A stretch of 54,757 nucleotides of DNA from positions 1 through 54,757 of the forward strand of contig CAXNEU010000001.1 of assembly GCA_964201705.1 (NCBI GenBank). The letters are read 5' to 3'. This DNA is from Candidatus Planktophila sp. (GTDB lineage Bacteria > Actinomycetota > Actinomycetes > Nanopelagicales > Nanopelagicaceae). Under the pieces are notes generated by a model that was given only the letters and a program-made list of their open reading frames with translations, made no database searches and was not told the DNA's origin. A program made the translations under genes and the position numbers. Below are positions 32,394-43,321 of this stretch, one piece after another; position 1 is the stretch's first letter, and the number at the start of each line of letters is the position of its first letter.

Positions 32394-33605
32394 ATGTCTA
32401 TTTCAGAGCGCGAAGATCTTTCCGCCATCTTGGGCCACTTCGGTCCTTATGGTGGACGATTTGTTCCGGAAGCGCTAATTGGCGCACTTGAAGAGTTAGA
32501 AGAAGCGCACCGCACGGCGCAACTCGACCCTTCTTTTGTATCTGAACTTGCCGAACTTCACCGTACATATACCGGTCGCCCTAGCATCATCACCGAAGCA
32601 AAACGTTTTGCAGAACATGCAGGCGGTGCCCGCATAATTTTAAAGCGCGAAGATCTAAATCACACCGGTAGTCATAAAATTAATAACGTGCTTGGTCAAG
32701 CCTTACTCACCAAGCGAATGGGTAAGAAAAGAATCATCGCTGAAACTGGAGCCGGCCAACACGGAGTTGCTTCAGCCACCGCAGCCGCTCTTATGGGCTT
32801 GGAATGCGTTGTCTATATGGGCGAAGAAGATACAAAACGCCAGGCGTTAAATGTTGCTCGCATGAAATTATTAGGCGCTGAAGTAATTCCAGTGACTTCA
32901 GGATCACGCACACTAAAAGATGCCATTAACGAAGCTATGCGCGACTGGGTTACAAATGTCGAGACCACACATTATTTATTGGGCACAGTAGCTGGGCCGC
33001 ATCCCTTCCCAACAATGGTTAGAGATTTTCATAAAATTATTGGCGAAGAAACGCGTGCTCAGGTTCTTGAACTCACTGGTCGACTACCGGATGCAGTTCT
33101 CGCTTGTGTCGGTGGTGGATCAAATGCGATTGGTATCTTCCATCGTTTCATTTCAGATCCCACAGTTCGCTTAATCGGTCTTGAAGCTGGAGGAGATGGC
33201 GTTGAAACTGGCCGCCATGCCGCAACTATTACCGGTGGAACTCCGGGGGTTCTGCACGGAACTCGCTCATATGTCTTGCAAGATAAAAATGGACAGACTG
33301 TCGAATCACATTCAATTTCGGCGGGCCTTGATTACCCTGGCGTTGGACCAGAGCATGCATACTTACATGACATCGGTCGCGCTGAATATCGCGCAATCAC
33401 TGATGATCAAGCGATGCACGCATTTGCACTTCTTTCAAAGACCGAAGGAATTATTCCGGCCATTGAAACCGCGCACGCACTTGCCGGTGCGATGCAGGTA
33501 GGAAATGAACTCGGCAAGGACGCAATTATCGTCATTAATCTCTCTGGCCGCGGAGATAAAGATGTGCAGACTGCCGCAAGTTACTTTGGAATTCCCCTCG
33601 ATTAA
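32394..33605 (+). CDS. trpB: Tryptophan synthase beta chain
   Basis: [25 protein letters not shown] and [11 protein letters not shown] motifs. Confidence 0.99.
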   Translation: MSISEREDLSAILGHFGPYGGRFVPEALIGALEELEEAHRTAQLDPSFVSELAELHRTYTGRPSIITEAKRFAEHAGGARIILKREDLNHTGSHKINNVLGQALLTKRMGKKRIIAETGAGQHGVASATAAALMGLECVVYMGEEDTKRQALNVARMKLLGAEVIPVTSGSRTLKDAINEAMRDWVTNVETTHYLLGTVAGPHPFPTMVRDFHKIIGEETRAQVLELTGRLPDAVLACVGGGSNAIGIFHRFISDPTVRLIGLEAGGDGVETGRHAATITGGTPGVLHGTRSYVLQDKNGQTVESHSISAGLDYPGVGPEHAYLHDIGRAEYRAITDDQAMHAFALLSKTEGIIPAIETAHALAGAMQVGNELGKDAIIVINLSGRGDKDVQTAASYFGIPLD

Positions 33606-34402
33606 TGACTGCTTTAGATGAACTCTTTGTAAAAGTTCGTGCTGAAAATCGCGCAGCGCTAATTGCCTACATACCAGCAGGTTTTCCATCCCAAGCAGGA
33701 TGCCATCGCGTAATTGCTGCCTTCATTGCCGGGGGAGTAGATGCCATTGAAATCGGATACCCGTACAGCGATCCGGTTATGGATGGACCGACTATTCAAG
33801 CCGCTGCAGTTACATCTCTTGCCAACGGAACAGGTGCGGAAGAAGTTTTAGAAGCGCTAAAAATTGCTAGCGCATCTGTACCAGCCGTCGTTATGACTTA
33901 CTGGAATCCGATTGAACGTTTTGGCGTAGACAACTTTGCCGCAGCGATCGCTGCCAATGGAGGATCAGGTGTGATCACTCCGGATTTAACAATCGAGGAG
34001 TCAGTGAGTTGGATTAGCGCAACGAAGGGTTCTTCAATCAATCCAATTTATGTGGTTGCTCCCAGCACAAAGGATGCGCGATTAGGACAGGTAACATCTA
34101 AATGCGGAGGCTTTGTCTATGCCGCCAGTTTGATGGGAGTAACCGGAGCGCGCGCATCTGTTTCATCAGGTGCTGCAGATCTCGTTGCACGAGTCCGTAA
34201 AACTACCGATCTTCCAGTTGCGGTTGGCTTGGGAGTATCAACTCGCGAACAGGCTAAAGGCGTGGCAGCCTATGCAGATGGAGTAATTGTTGGATCAGCA
34301 TTTATTAAAGCGATACAAGATGCGCCGAGTGAAGAACAAGGACTTAAGGCCGTCACGGAATTAGCCCGTGAATTAGCAAAAGGAGTGCGTGAGGGAAGAT
34401 GA
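33605..34402 (+). CDS. trpA: Tryptophan synthase alpha chain
   Basis: EIGYPYSDPVMDGPTIQ, MTYWNP, GVTGAR and ADGVIVGSA motifs. Confidence 0.98.
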   Translation: MTALDELFVKVRAENRAALIAYIPAGFPSQAGCHRVIAAFIAGGVDAIEIGYPYSDPVMDGPTIQAAAVTSLANGTGAEEVLEALKIASASVPAVVMTYWNPIERFGVDNFAAAIAANGGSGVITPDLTIEESVSWISATKGSSINPIYVVAPSTKDARLGQVTSKCGGFVYAASLMGVTGARASVSSGAADLVARVRKTTDLPVAVGLGVSTREQAKGVAAYADGVIVGSAFIKAIQDAPSEEQGLKAVTELARELAKGVREGR

Positions 34403-34893
34403 AAGAAAAGTTTGTAACGCTGCAGCCTTGGTTTGGGTTAGTCGCGCGCCTTACCTTGGGAGGCGTGCTCTTTGTCGCCGGATATTTAAAGGTCGGCACA
34501 CCGGATAAATCTCAAATGGCGGTTCGTGCTTACGAAATGCTGCCTATCTCAGTAGCTAATTTTCTGGGTCTGATACTTCCTCCAGTAGAGATTGTCATAG
34601 GAGCTCTTTTAATCGTGGGAGCGTTAACGCGTGTAATGGCCGCGCTCGGCGGCTTCACAATGTTCGTGTTTATTATTGCAATTGCGCAAGCTTGGGCTAG
34701 AGGCCTCAATATTGATTGTGGTTGCTTTGGCGGGGGAGGCGCTGTCGCCCCTGGTGAAACCAAGTATTTACAGGAAATTCTCAGGGATATTGGGCTGGTA
34801 TTTCTCGCTGCCTATTTAATTCGCTACCCTTTAACCAAGTTTTCACTGGATAAGAACCAGAATCGTAAATCCTCACAGGAAGAAGTGGCATAA
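34399..34893 (+). CDS. MauE/DoxX family membrane protein
   Basis: Four TM segments; ARGLNIDCGCFG motif. Confidence 0.88.
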   Translation: MKEKFVTLQPWFGLVARLTLGGVLFVAGYLKVGTPDKSQMAVRAYEMLPISVANFLGLILPPVEIVIGALLIVGALTRVMAALGGFTMFVFIIAIAQAWARGLNIDCGCFGGGGAVAPGETKYLQEILRDIGLVFLAAYLIRYPLTKFSLDKNQNRKSSQEEVA

Positions 34894-34895
34894 GA

Positions 34896-35576
34896 ATGGC
34901 TCAGGCAAAGAATCCAAAAGATGGCAAAGATAACTTCACCCGCAACTTAGTTATCGCTGTAGTAATTGGCGTGGTTCTGATCATGCTAGTTCCAACAATT
35001 CTTTCAAAGCAGACCGACACCAGCGCCGCCGTTCCTTCCAGTGTTTCAGTTGAAGATGGTTACGGAATGGTCTTTAACAAGGAACTGCAAGATGTTCCCT
35101 TTATTGAGATTTATGAAGATTTTCAATGCCCCGCCTGCGCACGCTTTGAAGCGATAGTTGGCGAGTACGTTGATGATTTAATTAATACCAAAAAAGCAAA
35201 GGTGGCGTACCACCCACTGTCCTTCTTGGGTCCTGAATCACAGTTAGCAGCCAATGCTGCAGGGTGTGCTGCAGATGAAGGTAAGTTCCTTGAGTTCCAT
35301 AAATTGCTCTTTGCAAACCAACCCGCTGAGAATTCTGGCGCGTGGAATTCTTCGTACTTCACAACTTTAAGCTTAGGTTTAGGCATATCTAGTAAAGAGT
35401 ATGACAAGTGCGTTTCCAATAATGAATACAAGGGCTGGGTGGTAAATGTGGCTAACGAAGGAGCCAAGCGCAACATTAACTCCACACCGACTGTATTTAT
35501 CAATGGCAAAGAGATTAATCGCGATACAGATTACAACAGCTTGGGAGATTTCATGCTCGCTGTTTCTAAAGCTTAA
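34896..35576 (+). CDS. Membrane-anchored DsbA-family thiol-disulfide oxidoreductase
   Basis: N-terminal TM, EDFQCPAC active site and cis-Pro loop STPTVFING. Confidence 0.92.
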   Translation: MAQAKNPKDGKDNFTRNLVIAVVIGVVLIMLVPTILSKQTDTSAAVPSSVSVEDGYGMVFNKELQDVPFIEIYEDFQCPACARFEAIVGEYVDDLINTKKAKVAYHPLSFLGPESQLAANAAGCAADEGKFLEFHKLLFANQPAENSGAWNSSYFTTLSLGLGISSKEYDKCVSNNEYKGWVVNVANEGAKRNINSTPTVFINGKEINRDTDYNSLGDFMLAVSKA

Positions 35577-35578
35577 AG

Positions 35579-36418
35579 ATGCGTAGCGCGATACCGACTC
35601 CGACTCAGTCGCAGATCGATATCGGTCCATTCACCTTTCACTTCTATGCACTTTGCATAATTGCTGGAATTGCGATCGCAATCTGGTTAGGTGATAGACG
35701 ATTGCGCAATTACGGAAAATCGGCGGACCTTGATCTAACCGGAGTCGTCTCCGAAGTTGCGGTAATTGCAGTTCCCGCTGGTGTTATCGGCGGACGGCTT
35801 TATCACGTTGTTACTTCACCTGAGCCATATTTTGGTAGCGGTGGAAGTCCTTTGGCTATTCTTAAAATATGGAATGGTGGATTGGGAATTTGGGGAGCGA
35901 TAGCACTCGGTGTACTAGGTGCGCTAGTTAGCTATCGCCGCATCGCAAAGGAAAGAACGCTTCCATCTTTCCGGGTCTTTTTAGATGCTCTTGCACCAGG
36001 AATTTTATTGGCGCAAGCGATAGGTCGTTTTGGAAATTGGTTTAACGCAGAACTTTTTGGCAGACCGCTAGATAGTTGGTGGGCGCTGGAAATTCCTTAC
36101 AAATTTAGACCTAAGGGATACGGGCTCTTTGAAACTTTTCATCCCACCTTTTTATATGAAGCGATTTGGACAACCCTGCTCGCTGCGTTGCTAATAAAAT
36201 TTGGCAGTAAGTGGAGAGATGGATCGACTTTCTTTATCTATATTGCAGGGTACTCCGCGGTTCGATTCTTTATTGAGGCAGTACGCATCGATTCTGCGCA
36301 TGATTTATTTGGCCTACGGGTAAATCAATGGACAAGCATATTTATTTTCATCCTTGGGATGGTTCTTTTTTATAGAAACCAAGGTAAGAAGAAGGTCTCG
36401 AGTTCACCTGAAATTTAG
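35579..36418 (+). CDS. lgt: Prolipoprotein diacylglyceryl transferase
   Basis: GGRLYHV, GGLGIWG, AQAIGRFGNWFNAELFG, HPTFLYE and RFFIE motifs. Confidence 0.97.
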   Translation: MRSAIPTPTQSQIDIGPFTFHFYALCIIAGIAIAIWLGDRRLRNYGKSADLDLTGVVSEVAVIAVPAGVIGGRLYHVVTSPEPYFGSGGSPLAILKIWNGGLGIWGAIALGVLGALVSYRRIAKERTLPSFRVFLDALAPGILLAQAIGRFGNWFNAELFGRPLDSWWALEIPYKFRPKGYGLFETFHPTFLYEAIWTTLLAALLIKFGSKWRDGSTFFIYIAGYSAVRFFIEAVRIDSAHDLFGLRVNQWTSIFIFILGMVLFYRNQGKKKVSSSPEI

Positions 36419-36441
36419 CGGTAATCAGGTAGGCTCTCCAT

Positions 36442-37164
36442 ATGGCTCTTGAAGATGTCTATCAGCGAAACCTTCATCACCGCACTCATCGTGCCGGTTG
36501 GTTACGCGCTGCAGTCCTCGGTGCAAATGACGGGTTGGTTTCTACAGCTTCGCTGATGATCGGTGTGACCGCTGCGAAAGCTGGCGGCGCAGATGCACAA
36601 GGTTTTCTAATCACAGCGGGCGCGGCTGGAATTGTCGCTGGTGCTATGTCTATGGCAGTTGGCGAATATGTTTCCGTGCGATCTCAAAACGACATTGAAG
36701 AATCAGATCGTTTACTTGAAATCGAACACCTGTCAGTAGATCCAGATTCAGAGTTATTAGAGCTACAAGAGATTTATATCAAGCGCGGACTCACTCCGGA
36801 GTTAGCACTTGAAGTGGCTACCGCAATGCATGCACGCGATCCACTCGAAGCACATCTGCGCGATGAACTCGGTCAGCACCCACATACAAAGGCGCGCCCT
36901 GTACAAGCAGCCGTTGCATCCGCTGCAGCATTTACATCTGGTGGCTTAATTCCATTTGTTGGAGCCTTTGCACCAACTACTGGAACAGTGGCGCTAAGCA
37001 TTGTTGGGTTCACGCTCGTGGGCTTGCTCTTCACAGGAGTTATCAGCGCGAAAATCGCAGGCTCAAAGATTTTCACCCCAACGCTTCGAGTAGTAATTGG
37101 TGGTTGTATCGGTATGGCGATCACCGCCGGCATTGGTCATCTTCTCCACGTGAGCGGGATTTAA
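36442..37164 (+). CDS. VIT1/CCC1 family iron/manganese transporter
   Basis: [15 protein letters not shown] and [14 protein letters not shown] motifs. Confidence 0.93.
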   Translation: MALEDVYQRNLHHRTHRAGWLRAAVLGANDGLVSTASLMIGVTAAKAGGADAQGFLITAGAAGIVAGAMSMAVGEYVSVRSQNDIEESDRLLEIEHLSVDPDSELLELQEIYIKRGLTPELALEVATAMHARDPLEAHLRDELGQHPHTKARPVQAAVASAAAFTSGGLIPFVGAFAPTTGTVALSIVGFTLVGLLFTGVISAKIAGSKIFTPTLRVVIGGCIGMAITAGIGHLLHVSGI

Positions 37165-37205
37165 AGCCTCAACTCTTCTTGGGCGTGCCAATTTGCCCCA
37201 ATCCT

Positions 37206-37306
37206 TGCTACCCTTTTGCTACATCTACGGCTTAGTCGTCGGTGATATTTGGGCCAATGTTGTCCCTCCAGATTTTGTGAGCGTGGACAACAGGAGTGTA
37301 AATCAG
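37206..37306 (+). promoter_or_regulatory. gltB promoter and structured 5' leader
   Basis: Extended -10 TGcTACCCT (37206-37214). TGTTGTCC (37258-65) pairs with GGACAACA (37285-92), which abuts SD AGGAG (37292-96). Confidence 0.55.
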
Positions 37307-40300
37307 ATGGCCCTTCCATCTAATTATCCATCACGTCTTGGTCTTTACGACCCAGCCAATGAGCATGATGCATGCGGCGTTGCAATGGTGGCCACTCTAA
37401 AAAAAATAGCAACACACGAAATTGTTGAAAAAGCGTTAACTGCTCTACGCAATTTAGAACACCGTGGTGCATCCGGTGCAGAACCAGATAGCGGTGACGG
37501 CGCGGGAATTTTGATCCGCGTTCCAGATGCTTTTTATCGCGCTGTTGTTGCATTTGATCTACCTCCCGCAGATTCATATGCAACTGGTATTGCATTTATC
37601 GCGCAGGGTTCAGAAGTCCGCAGCGAGATCTCAAAAATTGCCGAAGAAGAAGGAATTAAGGTTTTGGGTTGGCGCGAGTTGCCAATTAACTCCGCCTCCC
37701 TTGGTAAAACGGCTGTATCTGTGATGCCAAAGTTTGAGCAAGTTTTCATCTCTGGCGCCAAGAATGAATCAGGAATCGCACTGGATCGATTAGCTTTCTG
37801 CTTGCGAAAGCGCGCTGAGCACTCACTGGATCTTTACTTCCCTTCACTTTCATCCCAGACCATTGTTTACAAAGGAATGCTCACCACTGGACAGCTCGAA
37901 GAATTTTTCCCAGATCTAAGTGATCAACGCGTTGTTTCTCCATTGGCGCTAGTCCACTCACGTTTTTCCACAAATACTTTTCCTTCCTGGCCGCTGGCCC
38001 ACCCTTATCGCTTCATCGCTCACAACGGAGAAATTAATACCGTTAAAGGTAATCGCAATTGGATGCGCGCCCGCGAATCTCTTCTTGCCAGCGAGTTAAT
38101 ACCTGGAGATCTGAGTCGCTTATTCCCGATAGTTGAAATGTCCGGTAGCGATTCGGCATCCTTCGATGAAGTTCTTGAGTTGTTATATCTTGGTGGACGT
38201 TCATTGCCACATGCAGTTTTGATGATGATCCCGGAAGCGTGGGAGAACCACGCAACGATGTCACAGAAGCGCCGTGATTTTTACGCATTCCACTCATCTT
38301 TAATGGAGCCTTGGGATGGTCCAGCTTGTGTGACATTTACTGATGGACATCAAGTAGGAGCGGTGTTGGATCGAAACGGCCTTCGTCCTTCACGTTTTTG
38401 GGTTACAGATGATGGGCTGGTAGTCCTCGCATCCGAAGTTGGAGTTTTAGATTTCCCAGCGGAAAAGATTGTCCGCAAAGGTCGCTTGCAGCCCGGCAAG
38501 ATGTTCTTAGTTGATATTGAAGCTGGTCGCATCATTGAAGATGATGAGATAAAGGATTCACTTGCCGATAGCGCACCATATGGTGAATGGATCAATGCAG
38601 GCATGATGAAGTTGAGTGATCTACCTTCACGCGAACATATCGTTTACCCACACTCATCTGTCGTACGTCGCCAACGCGCTTTCGGATATACCGAAGAAGA
38701 GATTCGAATTTTGCTAACTCCGATGGCCAAGAACGGAATGGAAGCCCTTGGTTCAATGGGAACCGATTCGCCAATCGCAGCCCTATCGGAAAAGCCACGC
38801 CTGCTCTTTGATTACTTCTCGCAACTTTTCGCCCAAGTAACAAACCCACCACTTGATGCGATCCGTGAAGAATTAGTTACAAGTTTGGCGGGCTCGATCG
38901 GCCCTGAACATAACTTGCTCGATCCCGGACCAGAATCTTGCCAACAAATTTCACTTCCTTTCCCTGTTATTGATAACGATGAACTTGCCAAGATAATTCA
39001 CGTCAATGCCGATGGTGATTACCCAGAGTTGGAAAGCTATGTAGTTCGCGGACTTTTCCCGGTGACAGGTGATGGCAACACACTACATACCAGGCTAGAA
39101 GAAATTAAGCGCGAAGTATCTGATGCCATTGCTGCAGGTGCGCATATTATTGTTCTCTCAGATCGCAATGGTGATGCCGAAGATACGCCGATTCCATCAC
39201 TGCTGTTGACTGCTGCGGTTCACCACCACTTAATTCGCGAAAAGACCCGCACCAAAGTTGGACTAGTCGTTGAAGCAGGAGATGTCCGCGAAGTTCATCA
39301 CGTTGCACTTCTAATTGGATATGGAGCAGCTGCGGTTAATCCATATTTGGCGATGGAATCTGCTGAAGATTTAGTTCTGCAGGGCGTGATCACAGGTATC
39401 ACTCCTGAAAAAGCTGTACGCAATGTGATCAAGAGCCTTGGAAAAGGAGTCTTGAAGGTAATGTCCAAGATGGGCATTTCAACTATTGCTTCTTACACAG
39501 GCGCTCAAGTCTTTGAAGCGATCGGTCTTGCGCAAGAAGTTGTTGACGAATACTTTGTTGGCACAACATCGCGCCTGGGCGGAATTAGTTTGGATGTCAT
39601 TGCCGAAGAAACTATTGCGCGCCACCTCATTGCATACCCAGTCGGGGGAGAGATTCCCGGCACTAAGCGTCTGCCAATCGGTGGTGAATACCAATGGCGC
39701 CGCGACGGTGAGCCACATTTATTTAATCCTGAAACTGTATTCACTTTGCAGCACTCCACTCGTTCAAAGCGTTACGACATCTTTAAGCGTTACACCAGCA
39801 AGGTAGACACTCAAAGCAAAGAGTTGATGACCCTTCGTGGACTTTTCTCCTTCAAAGAAGGAGAACGCCCCGCTATTTCTATCGATGACGTGGAGCCTAT
39901 TTCGGAGATCGTAAAGCGTTTTTCAACCGGTGCGATGTCTTACGGTTCAATTTCGCAAGAAGCACATGAAACGTTAGCGATCGCCATGAATCGACTCGGC
40001 GCAAAATCTAACACTGGCGAAGGTGGCGAAGACCCAACGCGATCTATTCCAATGGCAAATGGCGACTCTAAGCGCAGTGCAATTAAACAAGTTGCGAGTG
40101 GTCGATTTGGCGTGACAAGTGATTACTTAGTAAATGCAGATGATATTCAGATCAAAATTGCGCAGGGGGCAAAACCTGGTGAGGGTGGGCAACTGCCTGG
40201 AAATAAGGTCTATCCATGGATCGCCAAAGTGCGTTACTCAACTCCTGGGGTTGGTTTGATTTCTCCGCCGCCTCATCACGATATTTATTCAATTGAAGAT

Positions 40301-41824
40301 TTAGCGCAGCTGATTCACGATTTAAAGAATGCAAATAAGAATGCGCGCATCCACGTGAAGTTAGTTGCCGAAGTCGGAGTCGGAACGGTAGCAGCCGGAG
40401 TTTCTAAAGCGCATGCCGATGTTGTTCTAATTTCTGGCCACGATGGCGGAACTGGTGCTTCACCACTTACCTCACTCAAGCACGCAGGGGCTCCTTGGGA
40501 ACTTGGTTTAGCAGAAACGCAGCAGACACTTCTTCTTAACGGTCTGCGTGATCGCATCGTTGTTCAAGCAGATGGCCAATTAAAGACCGGTCGCGATGTT
40601 GTAATCGCTGCGCTCTTAGGTGCCGAAGAGTATGGTTTTGCAACTGCGCCACTCGTTGTTTCAGGTTGCGTAATGATGCGTGTCTGCCACTTAGATACTT
40701 GCCCAGTTGGCGTTGCAACCCAGAACCCAGAGCTTCGAAAGCGTTTCACTGGAAAGCCAGAATTTGTTGAAACTTTCTTTGAATACATCGCCGAAGAGGT
40801 GCGCGAACTCTTGGCAAAACTTGGTTTCCGCACATTGCAAGAAGCGATCGGCCATGTTGAATTTCTAGACACTCGCGATGCCGTCAACCACTGGAAGGCG
40901 AGCGGTCTGGATTTAGCGCCATTGTTGGTACGTCCAGATGTTGATTCACCGCTACATCGCACAACACTTCAAGATCACGGTCTTGCAGCGGCAATGGATA
41001 ATCAATTGATCACTCTTGCGGCAGCAGCACTTGATAAGAAAGAGGCGGTACGAATTGATCTACCGGTGCGCAACGTTAACCGCACAGTTGGAACCATGTT
41101 GGGCGCAGAAGTAACTCGTCGCTTTGGCGCAGAAGGCCTTCCGGTCGGAACAATTGATGTGACGCTGCACGGTTCTGCAGGTCAATCACTTGGAGCATTC
41201 CTGCCGCGTGGAATTGCTATTCGACTCTACGGTGATAGCAATGACTATGTCGGTAAAGGTATTTCAGGTGGTCGTGTAATCGTTAGGCCAGATGAACGTG
41301 CAATTTTCCCATCTCACAAGAATGTCATTGCCGGCAACGTTATTGGTTACGGTGCAACCTCTGGTGAAATATTTATTAGAGGATTAGTTGGCGAAAGATT
41401 CTGCGTTCGTAACTCTGGCGCAACCGCCGTTGTTGAAGGAGTTGGCGATCACGGCTGCGAATATATGACTGGTGGAACCGTCGTGATTCTAGGACGCACA
41501 GGTCGCAACTTCGCTGCTGGTATGTCAGGTGGACGCTCCTTCGTTTTAGATTTAAATCCAGCCCAAGTAAACACCGAGATGGTCGATATCTTGGCCGTTC
41601 CTGAAGATCAGAAAGAATCGCTCAAATCCATAATCTCGTCTTTCCATGCTGAAACCGGATCAGAAGTTGCTGCTGAATTAATGAAGGATTGGAGCGCTGC
41701 CGTAAATCGCATCTCTTTAATTATGCCGCGTGATTATGCTCGCGTTCTCGCTGCAATCGAAAGAGCGACAAAAGATGGTCTTCCAGTTGATCAATATGTA
41801 ATGGAGGTAGCAGCAAATGGCTGA
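37307..41824 (+). CDS. gltB: Glutamate synthase large subunit
   Basis: Propeptide ending [32 protein letters not shown] and the 3Fe-4S motif [14 protein letters not shown]. Start corrected to ATG 37307. Confidence 0.99.
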   Translation: MALPSNYPSRLGLYDPANEHDACGVAMVATLKKIATHEIVEKALTALRNLEHRGASGAEPDSGDGAGILIRVPDAFYRAVVAFDLPPADSYATGIAFIAQGSEVRSEISKIAEEEGIKVLGWRELPINSASLGKTAVSVMPKFEQVFISGAKNESGIALDRLAFCLRKRAEHSLDLYFPSLSSQTIVYKGMLTTGQLEEFFPDLSDQRVVSPLALVHSRFSTNTFPSWPLAHPYRFIAHNGEINTVKGNRNWMRARESLLASELIPGDLSRLFPIVEMSGSDSASFDEVLELLYLGGRSLPHAVLMMIPEAWENHATMSQKRRDFYAFHSSLMEPWDGPACVTFTDGHQVGAVLDRNGLRPSRFWVTDDGLVVLASEVGVLDFPAEKIVRKGRLQPGKMFLVDIEAGRIIEDDEIKDSLADSAPYGEWINAGMMKLSDLPSREHIVYPHSSVVRRQRAFGYTEEEIRILLTPMAKNGMEALGSMGTDSPIAALSEKPRLLFDYFSQLFAQVTNPPLDAIREELVTSLAGSIGPEHNLLDPGPESCQQISLPFPVIDNDELAKIIHVNADGDYPELESYVVRGLFPVTGDGNTLHTRLEEIKREVSDAIAAGAHIIVLSDRNGDAEDTPIPSLLLTAAVHHHLIREKTRTKVGLVVEAGDVREVHHVALLIGYGAAAVNPYLAMESAEDLVLQGVITGITPEKAVRNVIKSLGKGVLKVMSKMGISTIASYTGAQVFEAIGLAQEVVDEYFVGTTSRLGGISLDVIAEETIARHLIAYPVGGEIPGTKRLPIGGEYQWRRDGEPHLFNPETVFTLQHSTRSKRYDIFKRYTSKVDTQSKELMTLRGLFSFKEGERPAISIDDVEPISEIVKRFSTGAMSYGSISQEAHETLAIAMNRLGAKSNTGEGGEDPTRSIPMANGDSKRSAIKQVASGRFGVTSDYLVNADDIQIKIAQGAKPGEGGQLPGNKVYPWIAKVRYSTPGVGLISPPPHHDIYSIEDLAQLIHDLKNANKNARIHVKLVAEVGVGTVAAGVSKAHADVVLISGHDGGTGASPLTSLKHAGAPWELGLAETQQTLLLNGLRDRIVVQADGQLKTGRDVVIAALLGAEEYGFATAPLVVSGCVMMRVCHLDTCPVGVATQNPELRKRFTGKPEFVETFFEYIAEEVRELLAKLGFRTLQEAIGHVEFLDTRDAVNHWKASGLDLAPLLVRPDVDSPLHRTTLQDHGLAAAMDNQLITLAAAALDKKEAVRIDLPVRNVNRTVGTMLGAEVTRRFGAEGLPVGTIDVTLHGSAGQSLGAFLPRGIAIRLYGDSNDYVGKGISGGRVIVRPDERAIFPSHKNVIAGNVIGYGATSGEIFIRGLVGERFCVRNSGATAVVEGVGDHGCEYMTGGTVVILGRTGRNFAAGMSGGRSFVLDLNPAQVNTEMVDILAVPEDQKESLKSIISSFHAETGSEVAAELMKDWSAAVNRISLIMPRDYARVLAAIERATKDGLPVDQYVMEVAANG

Positions 41825-43271
41825 TCCAAAGGGTTTTTTAACGACACCGCGTGAAACGCCAAAGCGTCGTCCAGTCGATGTACGCATCAAAGATTGGCAT
41901 GAAGTTTATGAAACACAGAGTATGGAGCACCTGCAAAAACAAGCAGGGCGCTGTATGGATTGTGGAATTCCCTTCTGCCACGAAGGTTGCCCACTCGGTA
42001 ATTTAATTCCAGAGTGGAATGACTTGATCTGGCGTGGCGATAAAGAAGAGGCTATTGCCCGATTGCATGCCACAAATAACTTTCCAGAATTCACTGGTCG
42101 CTTATGTCCTGCGCCATGCGAGACCGCTTGCGTAGTCGGAATCAACGCTGATGCAGTCACAATCAAGCAGGTAGAACTGCGCACAATCGAAGAAGCTTTT
42201 GGTGCTGGAAATGTAAAACCGACCCCTCCTGATCGCTTAACAGGTAAGACTGTTGCAGTTATTGGTTCAGGCCCTGCTGGCTTAGCAGCAGCGCAACAGT
42301 TAACTCGCGCTGGCCACACCGTCGCAGTTTATGAACGTGCCGATAAAATCGGTGGGTTGCTGCGCTACGGAATTCCTGAATTCAAAATGGAGAAGAGCGT
42401 GCTTGATCGCCGCTTAAATCAGATGGAGAAAGAAGGAACTCGTTTTCGCCCTGGTGTAAATGTTGGCGTTGAATTAACCGGCGTAGATTTGCGCAGGAAA
42501 TACGATGCAATTGTGATCGCAGTTGGCGCAACCCAGTGGCGCGATCTCCCGATCAAGGGGCGCGAGAATAAAGGTGTTTACCAAGCGATGGAATTTCTAC
42601 CTTGGGGCAATAAACAAGCCCTTGGTGAAGTTACCAATCCAGATATTAATGTCTCCGGAAAGCATGTAGTCATTTTGGGTGGGGGAGATACTGGTGCAGA
42701 TTGTCTCGGTACTTCTATTCGTCAAGGCGCCGCCAGCGTTACGCAGTTAGAGATTATGCCGCGGCCAAGTGAAGAACGTCCGAGCGGACAACCATGGCCG
42801 ACTTATCCAATGATCTACCGCGTTTCCTCCGCACATGAAGAATTGGATAATCGTGTCTTCGCCGTTAGCACCGAAGAATTTGTTGGAGATGGCAAAGGAA
42901 ATCTGAAAGCGTTAAAGATGGTTGAAACACAATTCGCTAACGGCAAGTTCGAGCCAGTTCCTGGTACCGAAAAAGAGATTCCAGCTGATTTCGTCTTCTT
43001 GGCGATGGGATTTACTGGTCCTGAAAAATCAGAGATTCTCACTCAACTCGAAGTTGAATTTGATGATCGTGGAAATATCAAGCGCGATGAGAATTATCAG
43101 AGCAGCGTTGAAGGAATATTTGTAGCAGGAGATGCCGGACGCGGTCAGTCACTAATTGTTTGGGCAATTGCCGAAGGCCGCAGTGCAGCCGCTGGTGTCG
43201 ATAAATACCTCGAAGGGGAAACCCAATTACCTGCACCTATCGAACCAACCGCCCGCTCACTTATGGTTTAA
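41817..43271 (+). CDS. gltD: Glutamate synthase small subunit
   Basis: [22 protein letters not shown] and GGGDTGADC motifs. Confidence 0.98.
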   Translation: MADPKGFLTTPRETPKRRPVDVRIKDWHEVYETQSMEHLQKQAGRCMDCGIPFCHEGCPLGNLIPEWNDLIWRGDKEEAIARLHATNNFPEFTGRLCPAPCETACVVGINADAVTIKQVELRTIEEAFGAGNVKPTPPDRLTGKTVAVIGSGPAGLAAAQQLTRAGHTVAVYERADKIGGLLRYGIPEFKMEKSVLDRRLNQMEKEGTRFRPGVNVGVELTGVDLRRKYDAIVIAVGATQWRDLPIKGRENKGVYQAMEFLPWGNKQALGEVTNPDINVSGKHVVILGGGDTGADCLGTSIRQGAASVTQLEIMPRPSEERPSGQPWPTYPMIYRVSSAHEELDNRVFAVSTEEFVGDGKGNLKALKMVETQFANGKFEPVPGTEKEIPADFVFLAMGFTGPEKSEILTQLEVEFDDRGNIKRDENYQSSVEGIFVAGDAGRGQSLIVWAIAEGRSAAAGVDKYLEGETQLPAPIEPTARSLMV

Positions 43272-43321
43272 AAGATCCATTGAACTAACAAGTAATTAAC
43301 TTAATTAGATAAGGTAGCCAC

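Noticed and set aside
37193-37306. N-terminal extensions in the ORF track (gltB, also ftsW, ftsZ, priA, paaI, MFS, DksA-like)
   Set aside because: Downstream starts have better SD or -10 support and fit family N-termini; the extensions overlap promoters or neighbouring genes.
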